A stretch of DNA of 60,133 nucleotides from Schmidtea nova. Taxonomy: Eukaryota. The translations under genes were made by a program, and so were the position numbers. Positions 32,346 through 45,420 of the stretch are shown here, piece after piece. The stretch covers positions 18,972,001-19,032,133 of the forward strand of contig CM097884.1 in assembly GCA_044892505.1 (NCBI GenBank). The letters run 5' to 3'. Under the pieces are notes generated by a model. It was not told the origin of the DNA. It did no database searches and was given only the letters and a program-made list of their open reading frames with translations. Each line of letters starts with the position of its first letter. Positions within the stretch are counted from its first letter, which is position 1.

Positions 32346-34431
32346 AAATAAAAAAAATTTATTACTCATTGTTTGTGTAAATAAAAATTTCTCGGGGGGG
32401 TGTCGCAAAAAAAAGTACCCCCGGGTTGGGCTACTTGATTTTGATTGGTTATGACTCATCGATTACGTAATATGTCTTTGTTCTGGAGTGCCTACATCTG
32501 TCTACTGATATTTTTTTTAATTATTAAGCCTTATTTTATAAAATAAATAATTTACTTAATATATTTAATATTGAACTAGATTAACATAATTTGAAAGTCA
32601 ATACAAAGAAAATTATAGGAAATAGTAATTTTTAAATGAATGTCAAAAGTTCCATTCTTATTAAATATTTTTAAAATTTTCATGTAACCCATTAAATAGG
32701 AAACTCAGGTATAAGTAATATCTAATATTTATTTTTAATAATTATTTTCAACATGAATATTCTTAAAAGAATATCTGTTATATTTACCTTTTCATAAATT
32801 TCAAAATATTTATGTAAAAAATAACATTTATATAATTTGTTAATAATTTGCTACATGACATTGTTAATGTTACAGTTATTTTCATTGTATTGTTTCAATT
32901 GTATCCATATTATATAACAAGTAAATTACTTTGGAGATTGGGATGATCAATTTCCCGAATGCCAATTCGAGAGACAAATGAGAAAACAGAAAATTATCAA
33001 AATAATTGTCAAACCATGGAGGTTGGTTAGCTTATTATTTGAACTAATAGTAGTGGCAAGTAGTTAAAAAAGAGCACACGATGACCTATTGTTTTTTCAA
33101 ACTCTTTCTAAGTCCAAAATAGTGACGTGATGAGTCATAATTTAGGCCAAAGTCATTTGAACAAAGACATATTACTATTTATAGACTAAAAATGTTATGA
33201 GCTCAAACTTACTAATCACTTTTCAAAAATAATTTTCATTGACCCCTTAACTAAGAACTTTTTTAAAATTTCTAAATCAATTTAACAAAAAAATTTTTAT
33301 TTTTGGTGACCCCCCCCCCGTTTAAGTTCTACGGAAGGTTGTATGAAAAATATATTTAGTGTTTTGTAATCAGGAAACAATTCTAAGACTTTTATCTAAG
33401 AATAAATATTTTTTATACGGTCATTGCTTTTGAATGGGCGGTTTGTTTTAAAATTCTTGTTTTGGTGAAATATATTTAAAATTTTTGTAAGTTTAAAGAA
33501 ATAACTTAGAAAGAACAAAGACTTTTATTTATATTATTATATGAAATTGACGTGTGTGTTAGTCATGTACATGTACATGTTATTTTTATTTTAATAATAT
33601 GATTATATGAAATTGTGGATTTATGTCTTTGTTTGTGTTGAGGTTTCAAGAATCTCAACTTGGTATCTTATAAAAATAAATAAGATAGCACTGGTTAAAA
33701 GATTTTATTCAATATATAACAATTACAAATTACTTCAAAAAATCTTACAGATTCACAATGCGTGATGTTTCTTTTATATGCATATATATGCGTGTGTATG
33801 CGTCAGTGCCTCCTGAGCTCGATATCTTGTATGCTCGTATTTATTATTTCAATAGTCGATAACAACTATGAAATTCTTCTTATTCAAAGATTTTATGGGT
33901 GGTTTGACTGAAAAATCAGTCAGTTTATAAACTAATTTCTAGTGCACCAAATCTGACAATAATGATTTTTTTCTACTTGAATTGCTTAAATTGTTTTCAA
34001 AAATGAATTGTATTCAAAACATTTATTTTCAAAACAGAATTGTTTTCTTACCTTGGAATTATTTCATTTTGCTGACCTTTTAGGTCATAAGTGTAGTGCC
34101 TCCGTCATATATATATTTATTTATATTTTAACTAATTTATATTTACATAAGTAAATTAAATAAAAAGAGAGATATTTATAAAAAAGTTTTTTTAAAAGAA
34201 CAGAAGTGATATCCGATTTGAAATTCAAACGTAAGCAAATTACGATAAATTTGAAATCCAAACGCAAGCAATTTACAATAAATTTGAAATCCAAAACTCA
34301 ATAATTTATAATTGATTTGAAATCCCAAACGCAAGAAATTTATAAACGCTAAAAAAATTGGAAAATCATAAAAGAAGATATTTTTTAAATAAATGTGTAT
34401 TGAATATTTCTTCTTGTTTAATTTTGTTTTA

Positions 34432-35010
34432 GAGGTATTTGCAATGAAAGTTGCAACCCCTACAATTAGTGTCAGAAGACCTGATCATACCGAATACTTA
34501 GTCAATTTCGTCTCATTTTCTAAACAATATCTTATTGGTCACAAATTTACTATACAATGTAAAGTTATTCCGAAATTAACAAACACCAGCATCACTTTTG
34601 AACAATTGAGACGAGATGATTCGGGTTCTTATAAATGCTCTGTTAAAGGAACTACTGGGACCGGGCCAACAATGGAATTGGAAGCCTCGACATTTCAACC
34701 AGCCTCAGAAACTACATTCCGTCAATCAGTAGGAACAGGAAAGCGCAAAAGTGTCAATTACAACATGCAATCAGTTGAATTCTCAGTCAACATCGTCTCA
34801 TCACCTGAACAATATGTCATTGGTCAAAGATTTACCACGCAACGTAAAGTTTATCCTCAATTCAAAACTGCTAGTTATTCTTTTCCGTTGCGTAAACTCG
34901 GCCTCGGCTCCTATTCCTGTGTGGTTTACGGGTCCACTAACAACCACACTAAAAACGGAGCGGTAATGCAACTGGAAGCGTCTATCTCTCAAAACAATTG
35001 CGGCAGATAT
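34432..35010 (+). CDS. Probable exon with two short Ig-like repeats
   Basis: FTIQC...LRRDDSGSYKC and FTTQR...LGLGSYSC; TTTTAG acceptor-like site upstream; partial duplicate at 38470-38523. Confidence 0.45.
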
Positions 35011-35619
35011 GTGGTATTATCTGGCGATGGGTATTTTATCTCTATTATTTATATTATTAAATTATATAACATATTATACTTATTTACATTACTTTTATTC
35101 ATCCTAAACTTTAAAATTATTTTTATTATTTTTCTCAAAATCCACAAATTTTATGCCCAGTTTTTTTCGACACATTCCATACAAGTCACACCCACAACAA
35201 TTATTTTTCCCCCACAATTGCAGCCATTTTATTAAATTTTATTAATTTATTAATTTTATTTTATCATGAATTTATTTATAAAATTATTATATGATTTACA
35301 CCTACCTCCTCCATATTCCCCATTTTAACGGCAAACCTCACCATCATCAAAATAAAGAGACAACCTGAATCAACTATTCTTCCAGCGTAACTGCCTCCAT
35401 CATACCAACATATATCCTTATACGATTCAACAATAAAATGCGCCAAATCGTTGTCACCTCTGACTTATACTCAGACATCGCCACATCGCTCTCCGTTGAT
35501 AAGAGTTCCTTCTACATATAGCGCAGCGGTTGTTTAATCTCGACTTCCACCATACTCTAAGCTAATTCAATATTAGACGTTAACTCCCGCATTCATGCAG
35601 GTGTCCGATCACCTTCAGA

Positions 35620-36440
35620 ACCGATTTCTTCAGCTGGCTCCCGTCCCATACTGTTTTTCTTAGATCAAGACTGTACACTTTCCTCGTGGTTTTGCATTTT
35701 TGAAGCCCGCACGTCCTCTTTCCAGAAATCACGAGCCGATTACCTCCTTGACAGTTTACCGGCTGAGTTGATAGACGAGCTTGCTCAGAAAATAGCAGAT
35801 GCCCTTGATTCTGATAGCCCATACGAGAACTTAAAAGGACTCATAGTATCCAAATACAATACATCGCAAACCCAAGCCCTACAAAAGTTATTAGCCCCAC
35901 AACGCTTGTCAGGCCAACAACTGAGCCTCTTTTTGGCTGAGATCATTTGCTCAAACGACGCGGCCATAACTGGACTCTCCAAAATTTCACACCTATTGAC
36001 ACACCAATTCCTTTCTGCACTGCTACCCTCTCCACCGTACTATTTTCTCACACAAAACCATCACCAATAGCAATATAAGCATCAACACCAGAACAAGAAC
36101 CAACCAGCACACCTTGCACACCATTAGCAACAACACCAACAACGACATCACCCGCCACACCACACAGAGCACCAACCGCATCATTACAAGCACTAACATT
36201 CACAACATCATTAGAAACACCACTAACAATACCAGAAGCACCGCTCACCTTTTCCGACGACGAAACCTGCACAGACTACACACACATTCTACCACAGCCT
36301 CCACAAACCGCATCTCCGTCATCGCTCTCGCCAACACATATCGTCACGATGGACACTGACTCGTCTTACTCAATACTACCTACCGCCTTCATCGCAGACA
36401 CATCTTGCTCATCATCGACTCTAGCCGCGAAAGGTACACC
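35620..36440 (+). pseudogene. Decayed Ty3/gypsy gag-like remnant
   Basis: SWFCIFEA and PYENLKGLIVSKY...LQKLL...LSGQQLS resemble the gag N-terminus of gypsy elements; frameshifted. Confidence 0.45.
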
Positions 36441-36581
36441 CAAACTGCTCTCCGGTACAAGACAAATTGAGTTTCGCATTCCAAGTTTTTTTTACTCTGA
36501 CCCTTGAATACCGTTTCCAATTTTCCTATACGTTCCGCGTACTTCGGCGAGGGCTATTTTAGTGCCTCCGTCATATATATA

Positions 36582-38200
36582 CCTCTTGTATCTGCAGTTG
36601 ACACTCCTTCCACAACACTTTCTAAAGTTCTTTCAGAAATCCTCAAAACACTTTTGCCTTTGGTTCCTTCTCATCTTAAAAACACAACTGAATTCTTCTC
36701 CGAAATTACAAATACGTCTCTTCCGTTAAACGCAGGACAACAGTACTTCTGGGGATCTCTTGATGTTTCCAATCTTTACGGATTTATTCCTCTTCACGGA
36801 GAGAATAATATTTTCGACATCGCAGCTTCTTTCTTTGAAACTCATAAAACCAATACTGACCTCGCAGACTTAACTAAACAAGACTTTATAGAACTTCTAA
36901 AATTAGCAATAAATTCAGATACTGTCATAATTAAAGAAAAACCATTCAAACAAATTCATGGATTAGCCATGGGTAATAACCTTTCTCCCATCTTAGCCAT
37001 CTTCTACATGAACTTTATAGAATCTAAGATCATATCTTTTTTTGGGGACAAAATACTTTTCTGGAAACGATACATCGACGACATCTTCATAGTCTCCACA
37101 ATCCCTCTCAATCAAATCTTATCACACGCAAATTCTACTAACACCAACATACAATTCACTTTTGAAACACCGAACACAGAAGGTAAAATACCGTTTTTAG
37201 ATACCATGGTAAGTTTCACAAAAGGCAAAGATACACTAAATGCAAACACCGAGCTATATTCTAAAAGTTTACATAGTGGTCATATCCTCCCATGGAAAAG
37301 CCACGTTCCACTTCAATGCAAAATCGCATTATTAATAGGAGAAAGAAAAAGAGCCATAAGAAACTGTTCAGACTCAAACAAAATACAAGAAACATTAGAA
37401 AACTTCAAAATACGATTCCTCCAAAATGGATACCCTGAAGAATTTGTAAAGAAACACTTCCTTAACAAACCATACCACAATAAACGCAACAATAGGAAAC
37501 GCCAGAAACACAATAACAATAACAAACACACAACATATCTAAGATTACCTTTCCTAAATGACACTACAGCCAACAAAATCACCAACATTTTTAATCAAAC
37601 AGATTTGCCTATCCACATCCGTCCAACGTTCATAACCTCCGCACCGTTAAAATCCCAACTCCTAAAGCCACCAATTTCCAACATCTCCAAACATAAATGT
37701 CTTTGCCGTTCAACAACCCGATGCTTTTGCTTTTCCAAAAATATAGTATATAAACTTTCTTGTCAAAAATGTGACGCTACTTACATAGGAGAAACACATA
37801 GAACTTTTCGCACCCGACTTAATGAACACACTAAAATCAAAACTAGTAATTATTACGAATACTGGGAGAAAGTACATAAAACAACTCCATCTATAGAAGA
37901 AACAAAATGCCAGATTCTACAAGAGGGATTCAAAAATTCATTACAAAGATTAGCTTCCGAGACTTTTTTCATAAAAAAATACAAACCGTCCATCAACATT
38001 CAATTCGCACAAAAAAATTAAAATAAATCTTTTCATCCAATAAAATCATTATAAAATATTAAAAAATAATTAAGGCTACTATTTAGGATTAAGTAAATAT
38101 AACGATAGAAATACACACTTGATAAAGGCTGTGCCGAAATATTGTGTTATTGTTTATAAAAAAAAATTTTGATCTATAGTCATTATGAGAATTATTGATA
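36582..38200 (+). mobile_element. 5'-truncated Penelope-like retroelement (RT + GIY-YIG)
   Basis: SLDVSNLY, GLAMGNNLSP, RYIDD, PFLD; VYKLSC..C..TYIGET.R...R..EH; first ~26 codons of the tracked ORF come from flank. Confidence 0.93.
38111..38150 (+). ncRNA. Minimal type I hammerhead ribozyme, U3-A8 variant (also 30356-30395 -, 52687-52726 -, 59291-59330 -, 59728-59767 +)
   Basis: ACAC-UUGAUAA-A-GGC-UGU-GCC-GAAA-UAUU-GUGU: stem I, core, stem II and palindromic AUAU stem III. Confidence 0.7.
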
Positions 38201-40821
38201 ATAATAATAATAATATATATATATATATATATTTATTTATTTATTTATTTATTTATATTTTAACTAATTTAATATATTATATTTACATAACTAAATTACA
38301 ATTAATTTGAAATCCAAACGCAAGCAATTTACAATAAATTTGACATCCTAAACGCAAGAAATTTATAATAGATTTGAAATCCCAAACGCAAGAAATTTAT
38401 AAACGCAAAAAAAATTGGAAAATCAGAAAAGAAGATATTTTTTAAATAAATGTGTATTGAATATTTCTTATTGTTTAATTTTGTTTTAGAGGTATCTGAA
38501 ATGAAAGTTGCAACCCTACAATAAGTATAATTTATTAAAACAAGCAGTAATTTATTTATTTTAATTTATTTAAACAATCAGTATTATTTATTTATTTTAT
38601 TTTTATTATTATTTTTATAATTTATTTTATTGTATTAAAATATTAAAATATAAATCAAAATATAGATCAAAATATAAACCATTTTCCAAATAGTTAAAAA
38701 AATTAATTTTCATAAAGTATTTTCAAAACCAAATATTCTTTCAAAATTACATAAAATTTTATCATTAATTGTGTCCATCACAATAAAATAAAAAATTGTC
38801 AATAAATGTTCGCAAGATCACAAATTGTAAATTGTCATAATTATATTGTTAAATATTAATTGTTATTCTATTAATTGTTATTCTATTCATTGTTTTATCT
38901 TAATTGCCGTCCACATATACATTTATTCGATAAATTTGTCTTCCTATTTGTATTGCACATGTTTTGCATTTTTATTGGATTTTTGTTTTATTAATATTGT
39001 TATATGAAATTGTTGTGTGTTTATGTCTTTCTTATTATTGCACATGTATTGCATTTTTGTTATTTTATTATTATTTTAGAAATATTTTTTTATCAATTTG
39101 ATTTAGGTGTATTCCTTTTGTTAGTCATGAATTTAGCAATTGAATTTTTAAATTGAATATTAAATTTCTATTGCATTTTTGATATTTTTTTATTATTTAA
39201 AACTATTATTAATTAAAAGAGATATGGTTATATGTATGTGTTTGTTATGCACATGTATTGCACTCAAATTGCATTTNNNNNNNNNNNNNNNNNNNNNNNN
39301 NNNNNNNNNNNNNNNNNNNNNNNNNNNNNNNNNNNNNNNNNNNNNNNNNNNNNNNNNNNNNNNNNNNNNNNNNNNNNNNNNNNNNNNNNNNNNNNNNNNN
39401 NNNNNNNNNNNNNNNCTTTGTTAGTATTGCATTTGTATTTCACATGAATCTCATTTTGTTGATGAAAATAGTTTTATTTATATCATTTGAAAAGGTGTCA
39501 GCAAATACGGTTATTTGAGAAATTTGATATCATATTCTTTCAAAATTATTCAAATCCTTCAATAATATATTAAATAATGGTTTCATATACTTATTCGGAT
39601 ATGATAAACTTTAATGGATATTTGATATTTTGAGTGTGTTTTGCACTATAGTGTGATGATAATTTGTGTGTATCGTAAATTTCTAAGTATTTTTGGTTAT
39701 TCTGTGTATTTTTGTACTACAGTGTAAGAATGTTTTGTTTTTCTGAGATATATGTACTTTCTATAGTATAATGATTTTTCACGTGTATTTACAGCAATAT
39801 AGTGTGATATCAATGTTTTTGTCATTTATTGTGATATTTATCATGGTGACAGAACCTTGGTACAGAATCCCATTTGTGATGGTTTATAACCTTAAAAGCT
39901 TCATATTATAACATATATCAATCATTAATTATCACTAAATTTATTGTTACTTCATTTCCAATGACAATGCCTGTTATCACTATTTCAATATAACGGCTTG
40001 ATACTAGTGAAACTTTCGATAAATTGATTGGTTGGTTATTTAAATTATTCCTTTGTGCAATATAAATACAACTTGTAAATATTATTGATTGACGTAAATA
40101 AATAAAGAAACAAATAAAGTTTGTTTTAAATATATTTAAATAAATTAATTATTTTAAACAAGGTTACAGATAATTTCCTTACTTTGGAAAAATGGAATCA
40201 ATCATTTTCAATAATTGATAACCTTTTGACATCAATTGAGAAATTCAAATACTTCAATAATAACTTAATTATTGGTTTCACAGACTCATTCTTTTATGAT
40301 AAATCTATGATGAAATCATCCAGTTTTATTATGACTTTTAATGATAAAGATTCTATTCAATTTAATATGAATACCGTTTTCTGCTCATCCGTGGAATTAT
40401 AATATTGTACAAATTATATGTATTCGCATTTATTTGTACTAACAAACAATAAACAATTAGTCAAAAATCTTCCGCCTTGAACATACATTTGTCGGGGTTA
40501 TTATTAAATAACCCGCCTCTATACTAGTACCACTATTTTTCCTTCATAACGTTCTTCGTCTCTATTTGTCTCCAGCATCCTTTATTCTTCTTTCTTCTTC
40601 TGAATGCGTCTTGTATTTCTTATGGTAGCTCACATTTGTAATCTATGATTTTTTTACCTGGCAATTGCGTTGCTGGTAGTTTTCTTTTCAAGTCGCAAAT
40701 TCATATTATTAATAGTATTTGTTGTGTACGGAAAAGTTAAATAATGGCGATTATTTTTATTATTTTTTATGATTTGTGTCGCGTAGGTAGGCGTAAATTT
40801 CCCCCTTTATGTTGTTGCAAG

Positions 40822-40822
<1 letters not shown>

Positions 40823-40882
<60 letters not shown>
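40823..40882. repeat. (ATT)n microsatellite
   Basis: Direct read. Confidence 0.95.
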
Positions 40883-40883
<1 letters not shown>

Positions 40884-41129
40884 GTTTATTTGAAATTTGA
40901 AATTTGAATTTGGCTAACTATAGCAAACCCTATAGTAAGCCAAATCGACAGAAATTAAAATTGATTAAAAAAATTGAAAGTTGAAATTGAGAATTAAGAA
41001 AGTGATTTTTGTTTAGTAACTATAAAGTTGGAAATTAGAAGTTATAAGATTATTATTTTGGAGTTAGAAAATTTAAAACAGAACCCATCCTTGAGTATTA
41101 GAAAAAAGATCGATCGAAAATAAGAAGAA

Positions 41130-41282
41130 ATTATCCCGAAATTATCCAGAAATTATACAGAAATTATCCAGAAATTATACAGAAATTATCCCGAAATTAT
41201 CCAGAAATTATCCAGAAATTATCCCGAAATCATCTAGAAATTATCCAGAACATTATCCAGAACATTATCCAGAACATTATCA
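41130..41282. repeat. ~11-bp tandem repeat AAATTATCCAG
   Basis: More than ten imperfect units. Confidence 0.9.
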
Positions 41283-41592
41283 AAATATTCTGTTCAAAAT
41301 TTCCGAAATTCCTTCCTCATCCAAAACCGACTTATCACCTCCAAATTTAAAGTAATAATTCATAGTTCTAACATTGTAAAACTTTCTTTTGTGATCATCA
41401 TTTTTTGCGTGAATAATTAATTTATTTTATTATTTTGTTGTTACTATTTTTAGCATTACATAGCATACACCCCGAGTGTCTGCACACGAATACCGCAAGA
41501 CTCTCTCTGGTCCTGACAACCTTCTCTACACACATATAAATAGTATACAAACATTAACTTATATAATAATAGCCGACCTCCTACCCATTGAA

Positions 41593-42620
41593 CTAAAATA
41601 ACAGTATCATTATCAATGGTAAACTTATCATTAATATTCTCACTCCAATTAGTTCTACCACTTGTTTATTTAAGTTTGTCTGGGCTGGTTTACCGTTCCC
41701 AAATCTCATTCCGATGTCTGCGTTTGTAGTTATTAAAACTAATGGAATGTTTCTCATCTGAATCATCTTTTCTTGGATTGGTGTATCTATTTTCTTTCCT
41801 TTTTTCATTGCTTCTTGAAGGCGTTTTCCCCTTTCTTGATCTTCGTCGTCTTCCTCTTGGAAGGTTTTCCTTGTATTTCGTCAAAAGATGCTTCCTGTAA
41901 TTATTGTAGTTGGCATTCTTTTACCTTTGGTTTATATGTGAGTGTTGATATTCCCATTTGCACATGCTTCTATTCATTTTGCACATTATTATCGTTTTCA
42001 TTTCCCCCGTGGGATCGAAGAATGCTTCGTAGCTTTTCAATTCTACTACGTATGTGTCCATTACCACAAGGTTATCCACTGATATTCCAAATATCGGGTA
42101 GGTTCCTTCTTGATAATAACTTGTTCCTCCCGTAATTGCTCCTAATACGTAGAAGGTTTGTTTTATCACCATTCTCGTTTTTCCTTTTATTTTTATTTTG
42201 TCCTTTGTCATCACTTCTCCATTTTTGAATAAGGTTTCGCAATCCTTTCCTTGCAGTACAACCAATTTCCTTTCCGTGCCTGGTACTACGATTGCTAAAT
42301 AATATCGATATCCGCAGAAAAAAAGCGAATTTCGTTCTTTTTATTTTGCATTCGTTGACCGTTGTTTTTATTAAATCCGCTTCCTAGTATACGTGATACC
42401 ATTGTTCTTTCTTAAGCGTTTTTAATTCTGTTAGTGTTGCATCTTTGAATTGATTCGTGCCTTGTAATGAATATTCCCCCAACGTTATCTGATCGCAATC
42501 GAACACTTCAAATGTTGCTACTCCTTCCGGGCTTAATAACCATATTAGCATCATAATAATACTTGAATTTAAATTTAACGTTGACTTTCTGTTTCCTTGT
42601 GCTGTCTGTCCGTTTTCCAT
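41593..42620 (-). pseudogene. Class III fusion glycoprotein-like (gB/chuvirus-type env) pseudogene, internally deleted
   Basis: Signal-like IIMMLIWLLSPEGVA then FEVFDC...EYSL; after one TAG and one frameshift ECKIKR...FCG...DCETLFKNG...MCKW; TM-like tail at 41593-41660. Confidence 0.6.
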
Positions 42621-45420
42621 TTTTTCAGTATTCCTTCGAGTTTCTTTTTCATCAAATTTGATTTGTCTTTTGTTTGGTTATCTTATGCGAATTCTCCCAT
42701 CCTTCTTTTTCTAGAATATATGACTCGATCTCATTCCTTATATGTCTTCCCATTGAACTTATTTTTGGGCCTCCTCTGCTCAACGTTAGTAAATTGTAGA
42801 TTGTGTACGCAATAGCCACTAGGTATTTGCTGTCGGTCCCTACTCCATCGAGTAACCTTTTGATTAATACAGTAGTTCCTTGACAATGTAGATGATTTGA
42901 TTTGGTTCTTGCTTTTATCAATTCTGACATAATCGGTGCGATAAAGTTGTGCAGTAACTTTGCTTTCGTGCTAACGTCGTTTATTCGCATAGATTTTTCA
43001 ACTCTGGATCAATTATCGTTAATACATCCATTATTGCTTTCGTGAGCCATTCTTCTCGTTGACAGGGCTGATTTTCTTCTTTGCCCCTGGTTTCGGCAAT
43101 TTTGTCCAGTTTCTTTAGGCATATTTCCCATTGTTCTTGCCTTTTCTCTTTTCTAGTCTTTTGAACCGTCGTCGTTGGATCGATCTTTGGTCTACATCTA
43201 GGTTGCTTTTCTATTCCAGTTCCTGTTTCTATGCATCTTGCTGCTCTTCTAGTTTCTTCTGTGACATCTTCGTCTTCTCTTTGCTAAAGCCATCTTTTTA
43301 TTTCTTGAGTTAATTGTAGCTGTTCTTTGTTTGTCCTTTCGATATCATGTTCTGTTTCGTTTACCATTTCTACATTTATATCTTATTCAACTCCTTGTTA
43401 GTTGGTGAGCGCTTGTGACGTTGTTCGTGATTCTATTATTCTGTCGAATATATTGCCTGTTTGTGCTTGGATTAACTTTGTTAACTCCTCAATTACTTGG
43501 TCGCTATCTGTTAGTAATTTGTCAGTGTCGTGCGCTTTTGCTGGAATCCTCTCGCTTGGTTTTATCGATGTCTGTCTTGTTCCTCCGGTACTCGTTCCGG
43601 GTACTTGCTTTTGTTGGCTCAGCTTATTCAAGCTTCCTTTCGGCTTTTTTTCTTCCTTAAGTTTCAATGGTTGGCCTGCTATTTCTACCACTGTTAGCGT
43701 ATGTGTAATATCTAATTTCACTGGCGTTATCTCGATTTCGAGACTGCTATGTAATGATCGTCCTTGATGTTGTAGATGAAATGGAGTCTCGTACATGAGC
43801 TTTTCCTTGATATCTTAGATTTTCTCAGTTATCATTACTCAAAACTCTTTTTATTGCTGTGGTTCTTCTGAGAATTCTTGATTTCTCCATCTTTTAAATA
43901 GGTGATCCAATTGCTCTAGGCACCATTTGTTGACTCTCTTAAATTCTGTGATGACTTTCGCTTTTTTCCTCAGACTCTTTATGTCTTCACCATGTGCTGT
44001 TAGGTATAGTGCAAAACTTTTGACATCTTGTTTTTGTTGTTGGCGTTACCTTTTAACAATTATATCAATTCTTAAATCTTTCGTCTTTCGTTTCTCGATT
44101 TCTAGTTGCATGGCTGCTGCTTCTGGTCCATCTAAATCTATTTGCATGATTTTTCATGTCACCATACATATTCTTTTTGCATCTGGTTCGTATTTATCCT
44201 CCATTTCTCTTTTCGGTTCTACTTCATACACATCTTCTTTTATATTCTAGCATATCTTTTAATTATAACATTGTTTCTCCCAAGGTTCTTTTCGGCGTTT
44301 ATAAAGATCTAGTTTCTCCAACTTTGTTTCTAACTCTGGTTTTATCTGCCATCTTTTGTAGATTTTTATTATTTCCCTCAATCTGTAAAAGATGTCTTCT
44401 TGTTGTTTTCGCATTTGTCTTTCATCTCTTTGTGTTTCTCTTGGAGGATCATTCATCATAATTATTTGTATCGTTTGGTAACTATCCCAGATGCCTAGTT
44501 TATACATCCACATTTTCTCATGCTTCTAGCTCGTTTTGCACTTTGGCCCATTGTAATACTGTGTTGTCAAGAACCTCTAATAACTCTTGAATTGTGCAGT
44601 CTGGTTCGAGTCCAATATCCATCTTGTCTTCGTTTGGTAATTTCACTGTGATCTTTAGTTATGTCACCTCCCCTCGTTTATACACTGCTTTGCTCATTTG
44701 TGTAATTAATCTGTTAGTTTTGTAACTGGAATGTCGAGTTCGGTTTGTATCTCGAACGCTTTTCATACACTCCTTTAGATCTTTATATTCGCTTCGCATC
44801 AATTGTTTCTAATTTTTATCGATATAGTTGATTATTTCCGTTACTATTTCGTTTAAATTGTCCCGTAATATCTTTTTATTTATCATTAACAGTTGTGGTT
44901 TTATTTTGGTTTCGAACCATACGTTTGCTTCCTTTGCTATCTCATGTGAAGTTTCCTCTTTCTTTTCAACGCATAAGAATGACGTCATTATTTCCCCTAG
45001 CCATATCAACGTATTGGCCAGCCATGTATCTCTCTTCATGATTCCGTCCTCTGAATATATTATTTTATCTTTATACGAGTTTTCCAATCTTTCTCGTATC
45101 CATTAATATAGTTCGTCTGTTTCTACACTTTTGATCCATATTTTTGGGGCATATTGGTCTATCCATATTTGAATTATAAATTCGTTTGTTGGTTCTTCGT
45201 GTAGTGCTTTGACATAGTTCCCCAGTCTGTTTAAGTCCTTTTTTGTCATGAGGTCTACGTTGCTCACTCGTAATAACCTTTTCACGAATTTCCTGTATGG
45301 GATTTTGTCGATATATCTCTCATTTCGTATTACTTTTTTTGACTTGATTTCTCTGTGGATGCTTCTTGGTTTGTCGCTTCATTTGTTGTCGCTTCATTTG
45401 ATGTCGCTTTATTTGATGTA
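42621..45420 (-). pseudogene. Fragmented A-rich ORFs upstream of the env-like gene (unit B), identity unknown
   Basis: Same coding-strand A-skew, many stops and frameshifts, no recognisable motifs. Confidence 0.35.

Larger units (their letters stand above)
27609..32506. mobile_element. Remnant of a second Polinton (right arm), interrupted by a Penelope copy and a gap
   Basis: Paralogs of two Polinton-1 accessory ORFs; terminus ...ACATCTGTCTACT at 32506. Confidence 0.8.

Noticed and set aside
33121-33700. Scattered TIR-like motifs (GATGAGTCATAA, ACAAAGACAT, TCTTATAAAAATAA)
   Set aside because: No AGTAG terminus and motif order differs; at most a very old relic
36504-36581. N-terminus of the tracked 505-aa Penelope ORF
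   Set aside because: Derived from the duplicated flank, so the element is 5'-truncated rather than full length
41130-41282. Short regular repeats as a CRISPR-like array
   Set aside because: No unique spacers; simple minisatellite in a eukaryotic context
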